This document shows, piece after piece, positions 49,500 through 58,191 of a stretch of 64,000 nucleotides of DNA (the stretch's first letter is position 1; the number at the start of each line of letters is the position of its first letter). The DNA is taken from the NCBI GenBank assembly GCA_043228905.1, contig JBHGNT010000001.1, positions 13,516,001 to 13,580,000 of the forward strand. The letters run 5' to 3'. Origin of the DNA: Azolla caroliniana. Lineage: Eukaryota; Plantae; Polypodiophyta. A program made the position numbers and the translations under genes. The notes beneath the pieces were generated by a model. It was not told the origin of the DNA and ran no database searches. It saw only the letters and a program-made list of their open reading frames with translations.

Positions 49500-51170
49500 T
49501 GGCTTTGGCAATATGACATATTAGTAGTTTCGTAATTTCTTTGGAACAAGGGAAAAGGGAAAGATATAAACATAAAAATATTAGTATGTACCGTGCCTTG
49601 ACATCGTTGCAACATTTCCAAGAACGGGATCCATCATGGGAATGGATGGAAAATGCCCTACATAATGTGAAATGGGAATTAAGAAATACAGAGGATGACA
49701 CTACAATTTCAATATCAAGCTTCTATTTCAAAATGGACACAAGTAGGTGACTGAGTACACAAAATGTATTTTTTCCAAGTTGCACCGAAATGGTTGACAA
49801 TAGGGATTAAACAACTAAGGAGAGAAGATGGCTCTTTAACCAAAGATGAGTTGAAAATGGTACACATTGCTATAACTTACTATACTAGATTGTTGTATGT
49901 TGGAGTTGTTAGCATTCTGTTCACACAAATAGGAAATGAGTGTGGGACAAAATTAAGCCTAATGTCGCTAAGGAAATGAAGGTTGCATTATTGAAGCCCT
50001 TTTGACATTATAGAACTACATAGTGCACTTAAAGCTTTAAGTCTTATGCCTTGTCTAGGGAGGGTGGAATTACTGCACATTTTTTCCTTAAATATTAGGA
50101 ATATATTAGGGAAGACTTAACGAAGGCTTATCAATGAATTTTTTATATTGGGTGTATGCCTCGTAGTATGGCGGTTGGATTGATTGATTTAATACCTAAG
50201 AGTGAGGGTATATTGGACGATATAAGAAAATGGAGACCAATAACTTTGCGTAACACAATATATAAATTTTCACAAAAACATTATCATTGAGATTGCAACC
50301 TTAGTTACATGATTTGACTCATGTCACCCAAACATGGTACTCTTTGTACAAATTGGGCTACAATTTTGTTTTGTTAGGAGGGGTTAAAGGTGATGTGTTT
50401 CAAATTTCCCCAAGTGTATGACAAGGTTGCCCATTAGCGCCATATCTATTTTTGTTCTTTGCTAAATCTATGAGGTTGTTTTTGGCTGATGAAGATGTTG
50501 GATTGAAAGGAAAAGTTATGCCCCTTGATGGGACAAATGTTGTGGATGTAGAATTTGTTGATGATGCAAGTTTGTATCTAGATGATCAAATTACTGATAT
50601 GCATAAAATGTACACAACATTGCAAGCTTTTTATACAACTTCTAGTGCATCAATTAACTAGAATAAATCAATGGGTTTTTCGGTAACATCGAATTCCACT
50701 CACAATGGTGTCCTCATCCAGATTTATGATGGATTCTCGAGGGCAGCTCAGTTAGATATTTAGGATGCCAAGTAAGCTTGAATATTTCTACTGAAATTCA
50801 GGCTATTTAAAATTAGGAAAAAACTGTTATTTTGGAGTAAAGCTAAACCATCATTTGCAAGCAGAGTGATATTAGTCAATCAAGCTCTTTTATCTAGTCT
50901 TTGGTATATCATGCCATGTTGGAGTTTTTCTAGATCATGTATGGGACAGTTACAAATATTGATATGGAATTATTTGTGGTTTGGTAATGACAGAAGTCAT
51001 GCAAGGGCAAAAGACTCTTGGTCCATGATTGTTAAACCATTGGATCAAGGAGGATTAGGAATTGTTGATCATTACAATAGTCTAAAGATTTTCTTACGAA
51101 ATTGGTTATTTAGGGATTGTTACTAGGATCAAGAACCATGGAAATAATTGTTATATGAATTGCAAAAGTT
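49500..51170 (+). mobile_element. decayed L1/Tx1-like LINE ORF2
   Basis: WRPITL.NTIYK, QGCPLAPYLF, FVDDASLYL, LVNQALLSSLWY and PLDQGGLGI remnants. Confidence 0.85.
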
Positions 51171-51171
51171 T

Positions 51172-52140
51172 TGTCCCATTAGGCAACCCTACCAATTGAG
51201 CTACATATGCATCCTTATACCAAATCCAACTTCATGTAGTGTAGATTGAACAATGAAAGTTCCTAGCTTGCACACATTATTATGCATTCTCTGTTGCATG
51301 CATCCTCATGCATACTCTATTTCTAGCTGCCTTACATAGCCCTACCTTCTTCTATAAATACTCAGGTGCACCTTGATTCTAATCAAGGTAAACAACACTA
51401 GTTACAAATTCTATAAGTTTAGTTCTTGTTCTTTTCCTCTCTCTTGTTTTCTAGTCTTGTCTTCTCTCTGCTCTATTATACTTGTCTGTGACAGTTTGTT
51501 CACCTTCTCCTCTTATTGCTACCATGTCCGGCTCCGTCGACAACCTAAACCAAGGCATGGCAGCGTTGCAACAAATTCAACTAGAGAATGAAATCCTTCG
51601 GGAATCATTACGAGAGTTGCAATCCGGCACTTCAAGAAATCCACCACCCGCCGAGCCACAACCACCGTCGGCACCTAGCCCCCATCCATATGTCCTCGAA
51701 CCAACCATCAACCTACCAGACAAATTCAATGGCACGAGGGCGTATCTTCGTGGCTTCATCAACCAATCCGGTTACAGCCCCGACGGTATGCTAGCGACTT
51801 TTCTCGGGTTGGGCTTGTCGACACACTTCTCTTTGGGTTGGCGCAAGCGTGGTTTGCACCCTTGATCGAGACCTCATCCCCTCTCTTAGAAAACTTCACC
51901 GATTTCATTGAGGAGCTCGAAGTGACATTTGGCGAGATAGATCGGCGACGAATGACACTCACAAAGCTTTATTCTTTCCAACAAGGCTTAGGTCCAGCTT
52001 CGGTCTACGCCTCAGAGTTTTGTCAGATTGCCTGGGATTTCAGTTGGGATGACCAAGCCCTATGCGACCATTTCCGTCACAGTCTCCGAAACGACGTCAA
52101 GACTCTTCTCTTAAACTTCCTAGAGCCCACATCGTTGTCT
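51172..52140 (+). mobile_element. Ty3/gypsy (Tcn1/Tf1-like) 5' LTR (51172-51493) plus truncated gag
   Basis: TGTC..GACA ends with an internal CTATAAATA. Gag EPTINLPDKFNG..LRGFINQ, AQAWFAPL, WDDQAL..F; no tRNA PBS visible. Confidence 0.8.
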
Positions 52141-52238
52141 TACTAGGACCAAATGGTCGAAACAAGGAGTGCGTAGAGATAGGCACAAGACGATTAGAGG
52201 GTGCTTAAGCTAAACAAGAGAAAGTAGGCAACATACAC

Positions 52239-52282
<44 letters not shown>

Positions 52283-52328
52283 TTTTTAATTCAAAGAGGG
52301 AGAGATGTTTTAAATTCAAAGAGGGTGG

Positions 52329-52383
52329 TGGTCTTAGGCAAACTAGTTTCGCTCAATAGTGGAGCTCTTCAGTGCAAAGACCA
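52329..52383 (-). ncRNA. minimal type I hammerhead ribozyme
   Basis: Sense strand: UGGUCUU-U-GCA CUGAAGA GCUC(CACUAUU)GAGC GAA ACUAGU U/ UGC-CU-AAGACCA. Full catalytic core, stems I and II, palindromic stem III. Confidence 0.9.
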
Positions 52384-52497
52384 TTACAACAAGAGAATGT
52401 GATTTATAAAGGGGTGGGAAGGAAGAGGGAGTGAGAGAAAAAGGAGTGGGGAGGATTTGATTTGTGTAGTAGATGAGAGAGAATAGAATGTGGTGAT

Positions 52498-52548
<51 letters not shown>

Positions 52549-52651
52549 GTGTGTAGGAAAGTGATAGGGAATGAGAGAAGGGAAATTAGTATAATGATGA
52601 TGGTGAGGGGAGAGTTTTTAATGTGATGAAAAAGGGGGATTTGGGATAATA

Positions 52652-52851
52652 TTAAGTGGGGGATGTGGGTGAATTATTTGAAAACTTAGTGTTAAGTGGG
52701 GGATTTGGGTGGATTGTTTGAAACTTTAGTCTTAAGTGGGGGATTTGGGTGGATTGTTTGAAAATTTAGTCTTAAGTGGGGGATTTTGGTGGATTGTTTG
52801 AAAACTTAGTTTTAAGTGGGGGATTTTGGTGGATTTTTTGAAAACTTGGTC
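52652..52851 (-). repeat. five 40-bp tandem repeats overlapping the RT stop codon
   Basis: ttaagtgggggat..ggtggatt.tttgaaa..ttagt units start at 52652, 52692, 52732, 52772 and 52812. Confidence 0.97.
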
Positions 52852-54680
52852 TTAACTAGGAGGGCATGTAAGGACTTAGATTTTGTCCAACATACGAAAG
52901 GGCGTGAGATGCTTGTAAGCTCGGGATCTAACATTAAGTCATTATAGAGATTTTTTAGAAAACTATGAATGCCTAGTTTTGGGGTATGTTTGGTGTATCT
53001 AAGTTTAAAGATTGTGGGGTTAAGGGAAGTAATAGTTTTGGGTTGATATAGGAGTGTTTTTCTAAGACTAAAAGGTATTTTCTTATAGCTTTTTAGTATA
53101 AAGGATGGAGGGTAACCACGGTTAACTAGTCTATTGAAAAAGAGTTTTTTCATTTGGTAGAAACCTAATGGGGTGCTTTCTCTAATAAGATATCTCTTCA
53201 CTTCATTAGTGATAAAGTGTTGTTTCGTATGGGAAGGATGATCCGATGAAAAAGGCAAGTATTGGTATGAATTGAGAGGTTTTTGAAAACAATTAAATAA
53301 GAAAGATGAATTTTCGAGGTTGATCCATATGTCTAAAAAAGGTAGCCGAAAGGGGGAAGTTTGAATGGTAAGCTTGATGGAGTTATTTGTGTGTGAAGGG
53401 TAAAAGTCGAGATATTCTAAAAGTTGAGATTTGGTGCCTGTCCAGACCCCAAATGCATCATCAATATAGCGGGTGAAGTAGAAGAGATGGGGGGGCGATG
53501 GTTGTAAGTTTTCGAGATATACTAAAAAGAGGCATGCATATACGACTGAAAAGTTGCTACCCATGGCCGTACCTTTTATTTGTTGGTAAACTACGTCATC
53601 GAAAGTGAGATAGTGATATTCTAAAATAAGGGCACTAAGGGTATAGATGAGATTTGTTTTCGAAGGGGAAAAGTGGGGGGTGATTAGACTACGTAGGGCT
53701 TGGAGTCCTAACTTAGGGGGGATACTAGGATAGAGAGATTCAACGTCAAACGTGAATAAGAAACTATTAGATGGTGGGTGTAGGTTTTCTAGTGATTGGA
53801 TTAGTGTGTGAGAGTCTTTTAGATATTGTGGTTGGAGAAGGAGGATTGGTAAAAGTTGGTGGTGTAACCACTTTGATGTTTGTTCAAATAAGGAGTTATT
53901 ATATGAACAAATGGGCCGGAAACCCATAGGTGTTTTGTGTAATTTAGGGAGGAAATAGAGGTTGGATACTTGATATCCTTTTTTGGGTTTGTGGAGGATG
54001 AAATTAGCTTCAATTGGGGAAAGTGTACCTAAGTGGTTTGTTATTATGTTATTAAGGCGGTATAGTAACTCTTCCAAGGGGAAGTGGCTGACTCTCTTAT
54101 AGGTGGTAGAATTTGAGAGGTGTTCTATGGCTTTGGTGTAGTATGTGTCTTTATCTAGAACACATACTCCCATATTTTTATCGGCTGGGAGGATGATAAT
54201 GTGTTTGTTGTGTTGGAGGCTTTTAAAGGCTCTAGAGAGGTGGTATGGGATTCTAGTGTTTATGGGTTTAGTGTTGTGTGCTATTTGGTTAAGGATGTGT
54301 TGGTGTTTTTCTATTATGGAGACTAGGGGTGGATATTCTGTGGGTGGCATCCAACTAGGGTTAGGTAGTTTGAAGGGGTTGAGAGGAAGTGAAGGTGTAT
54401 TTCTAAAAAAATGTTTTAGCTTGAGGGATCTCGAGAGGTGGGTGAATTCTTTTAGGATATTGTTGGGTGAGGGAGGTGGGGATGGTAGGATATACTTAAG
54501 GCCTAGGTTTAGCAATTGTGTTTCATTTTTAGTGAGGTTATGTTTAGAGAGGTTATGGATTTTACTATGAATTACTTGTGTACTAGTAAGAGGTTTCCAG
54601 AAGTTGGTTCTAGGTTTTTTATTTCGGGATTTGGGGTGTGAAAGGAAGGGAAATAGTTTCTGTTTTCCCCCAAACCACAT
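52812..54680 (-). CDS. Penelope-like reverse transcriptase (622 aa), no endonuclease
   Basis: NLSKHNLT..E..LL.LGLKY, PADKNMG, LPKLHK, RPICS, FDVESLYPSI, GTAMGS, RYIDD, LPFLDI and YLPFSSDHP. The ORF ends just after SLHALLV, where the GIY-YIG linker would start. Confidence 0.93.
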   Translation of the reverse strand: MWFGGKQKLFPFLSHPKSRNKKPRTNFWKPLTSTQVIHSKIHNLSKHNLTKNETQLLNLGLKYILPSPPPSPNNILKEFTHLSRSLKLKHFFRNTPSLPLNPFKLPNPSWMPPTEYPPLVSIIEKHQHILNQIAHNTKPINTRIPYHLSRAFKSLQHNKHIIILPADKNMGVCVLDKDTYYTKAIEHLSNSTTYKRVSHFPLEELLYRLNNIITNHLGTLSPIEANFILHKPKKGYQVSNLYFLPKLHKTPMGFRPICSYNNSLFEQTSKWLHHQLLPILLLQPQYLKDSHTLIQSLENLHPPSNSFLFTFDVESLYPSIPPKLGLQALRSLITPHFSPSKTNLIYTLSALILEYHYLTFDDVVYQQIKGTAMGSNFSVVYACLFLVYLENLQPSPPHLFYFTRYIDDAFGVWTGTKSQLLEYLDFYPSHTNNSIKLTIQTSPFRLPFLDIWINLENSSFLFNCFQKPLNSYQYLPFSSDHPSHTKQHFITNEVKRYLIRESTPLGFYQMKKLFFNRLVNRGYPPSFILKSYKKIPFSLRKTLLYQPKTITSLNPTIFKLRYTKHTPKLGIHSFLKNLYNDLMLDPELTSISRPFVCWTKSKSLHALLVKTKFSKNPPKSPT

Positions 54681-54784
54681 ATATGTGTCTTGGGTGGAGG
54701 GGGATCTATTAAGTAGGTAGAATAAACGTTTGCTAGGGTGTACGACGTGTCTAAACCGTTTGTTAACGCGTTTAGCACGCCTAG

Positions 54785-56096
54785 CTAACCGTTTTTTGGT
54801 CTACTAGGTTGTGGGTCTCCTAGTGGTTTTGGGGGAGGACAAGGTTTTGATGTATTTTGATAGTGTTTATAGTTTTTATGTGAGGGAGTGTTAGAAGAAA
54901 AGTTGGGGGTTTTTGTGTTAGGAAGAAAGGGGTTGTGAGAATAAAAGTTGGGGGTTTTTTTATTAGGAAGAAAGGGGGGGGGTTTAGTGTAATATGGAGG
55001 ATGTGTAGGGGGGAGATGAGTTGAATATGGAGGATGTGTTGGGGGGGAATGATAAGTATAATGAGAGTGATGTGGGCTAATTAAAGGGGTATGGGTAGGG
55101 TAAGGATTTGAAAAAAGGTGGGGAAGGGCATTATGAAAATTAGATGATAATGGGGGAGGTGTAGAGTGATAAATGGAAGAAAATTGTGGGGGGTTTGAAT
55201 GGAATTCTTCAACATAAGGGGGGTGGGTAGAGTAAGAATTAGACAAAAAGGGGGAGGGGGTATCCATGTAATATTTAGAAAGTAAAAAGGGGGTAGGAGG
55301 AGGAGGATGGGGGAACGAGTGAGAGAAAGAGGGAGGGGGGGGGGGAGGAGGAGGAGGAGGGAGCTGTTTGTACAGAGAGGTTGCGTGGGGGGAGAGAGGA
55401 ATGGGGAAGATTAGGGTTATGTAGGGGGTGGGAGACATTGTTTTCTTCATAATACATGTGTGGGGTTGGGAGGAGAGGGGGCATGTATCCATGACGGCTG
55501 CCTTGTGCAGTCCCGTGCATCATGCCATGGAGGGGGGGTTGTAGATCTATAGGCCGGCTGTCATACACAGTCCGGAGCCTTACATTGGAGGGGGAGAACG
55601 GGTACGTATGATGGTTTCCGTTTCCATCTCCATAGATATGGTCGTTACCGGGTCGAAGATGGAGTGGCGGCCATGCTTGTAATTGTGAATGGTACCGGTC
55701 GCGTTGGCGTTCGTTGTGAGTGGGTGGCTGGTTCCTGTCGAATGTCGGTACTGGAGTATGTGGATCCGACATATATGGTGGATGGTGTCCGGCGTTGATT
55801 GTGGTATAGGGATGTGAGGGAAGTTTATTTTGGTTAATAAATGTAACCCTCGGGCCATTAAGGTTAAAGGGGGGGACGAAGTTCTTACTGACTTCGTTTG
55901 TGGCTATATTGCAGGTAAATCGGGGGAGGGAGTGATGATTGGTTGGTCGGAGAGGCTTTTGTTGCAAGGGTTTAGGGTTAGGTTTATGGTTGGGTTTATG
56001 GTTGGTGTTATTTTTAGGGTTAGGCTTATGGTTGGTGTTATTTTTAGGGTTATTGTTAGGGTTAGTAATAGGGTTGGTTTTAAGCTTATGATTAGC
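54785..56096 (-). CDS. putative ORF1 of the PLE, Pro/His/Asn-rich and disordered, probably frameshifted at a G-run near 55335
   Basis: Overlapping 230-aa and 235-aa frames; the 55967 frame stays open upstream to 56096 (ANHKLKTNPITNPNNNPK...). Confidence 0.45.
55968..56080 (+). repeat. degenerate TTAGGG-like hexamer array
   Basis: gggtttagggttaggtttatggtt...ttagggttattgttagggttagt with 6-nt periodicity. Confidence 0.7.
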
Positions 56097-56131
56097 ATAA
56101 CCGAATGAGTTGTGATGAGTGTATGGACTCT

Positions 56132-56256
56132 TATTTATAGGCCCTTATGGAGTATTCTAGAATGTTCTAGAATATTTTAGATATTTATGAATAATAATAA
56201 TAATAAATATAATCATGAAATATTCAAGAACATTCTAGAATAATCTAGAATGTTCT
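56132..56256 (-). promoter_or_regulatory. TATA box with two upstream heat-shock element arrays
   Basis: CTATAAATA at 56140-56132. HSE1 56154-56173 is aTTCt aGAAt gTTCt aGAAt; HSE2 56222-56256 has seven alternating pentamers, six perfect. Confidence 0.8.
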
Positions 56257-56304
56257 AAATATCTCGTAATAACTAAACATATAATTATTATGATTACATC
56301 TCAC

Positions 56305-56375
56305 ATATGTTATTACAATGGTTAAAGTACAATATGTAAACCAAGAGGTTATGGGTTCGATTCCTGGTTCGCCAA
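56305..56375 (+). other. degenerate tRNA-like / Pol III B-box motif
   Basis: GGTTCGATTCC at 56354-56364 with a weak A box (acaatggtt); no complete cloverleaf. Confidence 0.45.
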
Positions 56376-56376
56376 G

Positions 56377-58191
56377 ATGAATGTCATGATAAGCCAAGAT
56401 GTATGTCTTCATGACATGAGGTACCTGGTGCTCGCTAGAGAAGATTTGACGAACCAGGTGAAAGGCCGAGCGTTGACGAACATAAAGACTGTAGCTATAT
56501 GCTGGTTCCTGATCGAGGATGCGATTTGCCGGTACAGGTGTGTGGGTAAGATTGTGGCTGACCGAGGGGAGCTGGATGTGCAAAAAGCCGAGGAGTTGTT
56601 TGATCGGCTAGGGGTAAAGCTCTCTCTCACTACAACTTACAATCTCGAACCCAATGAGAAAATCGAGGACATGAATGGGTCGATTGTGAAAGCATTGGTG
56701 CAAGCATGCGACGAATGGGTCGGGAACTGGCCGAGACTACTTCCTTATGCGCTATGGGCTGACCGAACTACACACAGTTCGGTAACCGGGTACATGCTAG
56801 AGGAACTGATGTTCGGCCAAAATCCGATCATGACGGTGGAGAGGACGATTTCGTCATGGTTAGCGATCGATTGGTCAGAGAAGATGAGCTGCAAAGAGCT
56901 TTCGGTGGCACGGATCCAACAGCTCGAGCGAAGAACGGAGGACATCAAACGAGTGAATGCAAGGGTAGAAGAAGCCCGGAAGAAGAACAAGGGCTGGTTC
57001 GACCAGACACACCGACTCTAGCCGGAGAAGATCGAGGAGGGCGATTGGGTGTGAATGGATAACTAGCATTGGTCGACCTAGAAGTTCGCAAGGAGGTGGT
57101 TTGGGCCATACGCGGTGATAGGCGCCAACAATAATGTGACATACTATCTTGCCGAGCTTGATGGGATGAGGATCGTCATTCCGGTTGCAGGGAAGTAGAT
57201 AAAGGCCTTTAAGAAACGGCATGAAACGGAACTGGACCCGAAGACCGAAAGTTTCGGACTAGAAAACCGAAGACGGAGAGGCCGACGGAGGCGAGGAGCC
57301 AGATAAAGATCGGATTTTCGAAAGATCGGAGGAGTAGAAACTGGCCGGAATCCCCACTACTTTGCTACTTGGCACATGCTGGAGGATGTGCGGTTTGGTG
57401 GGGGTGGATGTCGTGTGGAATTCCGGGTACGAGGAGAAAGGGGGCGAATGCACAGAAACGAGGGGGCGAATGCACAGAAACGAGGGCGTGAATTGATGCA
57501 CGTGAGACATGTCTTTATGTACAAACATGTAAATAGTCAACTATAAGTTTAAGTATTAAAGAGTACTAGGAGGGTGTGATTCACAGGTACTTTATGACCA
57601 CACGTGCACAGAATAACATCTGATCTATCCCAATGGCTGCTTTATGAGTGACATAACGACCTTCCCCTTGTTCTATAAAAGGGGAGGTTTGAGGAGGGTT
57701 AGGGGGATCTATGTTTTGGAGGAGGAAGTGTTGTCGGTTTGAGGGGCAAGCTCTCTCTTTCTCTCTCTATTTGTGTTCTGAGTCGACCAGGAAAGAAGGT
57801 GAAGCCTCTGCTCACGCAAGAAGCCCACGAGCTCCCAGCCAAAGGTCGCCCATCCTATGTGTGTTCGTGGTGGTTGTAGTACGAAACTCCGTTTCCGGCC
57901 TAGGCCGGTTGTATTCCCCTCTTGTTTAATCTATCTTGCTTTTCATTCTATCTGATTTCCCTTTGTGTTGACTATGCATCTCCTTCGCATGACTGCTATC
58001 GCTAGCATTAGCCCAAGTTCCGAGCCTGTGTGCTCGCTGTCTAACATCAAAGAACCCATATGAACCAGACATGTGACCCGACACCGACCCAGTGAGGATA
58101 TCCATATAGACTTCCTTGTCCCTCCGGCTCCTTGGTCCAAAACCCCCATGGTATTGCCCGTTTCGACACATACCCGCTGAAAACCACGACA
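56377..58191 (+). mobile_element. 3' part of a Ty3/gypsy element: integrase remnant, PPT, 3' LTR 57409-58191
   Basis: IVADRGEL, YNLEPN, LPYALWADRTT, RRWFGPY. PPT region gtgcggtttggtgggggtgga; LTR TGTCGTG..CACGACA. Confidence 0.9.

Larger units (their letters stand above)
52141..56260 (-). mobile_element. endonuclease-deficient Penelope-like retroelement (boundaries approximate)
   Basis: PLE RT ORF without GIY-YIG, hammerhead in the 3' region, upstream low-complexity ORF and promoter, strong C/A-rich sense-strand bias. Confidence 0.85.

Noticed and set aside
52652-52851. 40-bp repeats as a CRISPR array
   Set aside because: No unique spacers, no cas genes, eukaryotic context.
39965-56260. Co-oriented Pif1, repeat gene and PLE as one Terminon-like giant element or a telomere-maintenance cluster
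   Set aside because: The genes lie downstream of the PLE hammerhead, separated by old LINE and gypsy remnants, with no shared termini; proximity is probably chance.
56305-56375. Functional tRNA gene
   Set aside because: Acceptor, D and anticodon stems do not pair; only the B box is good.
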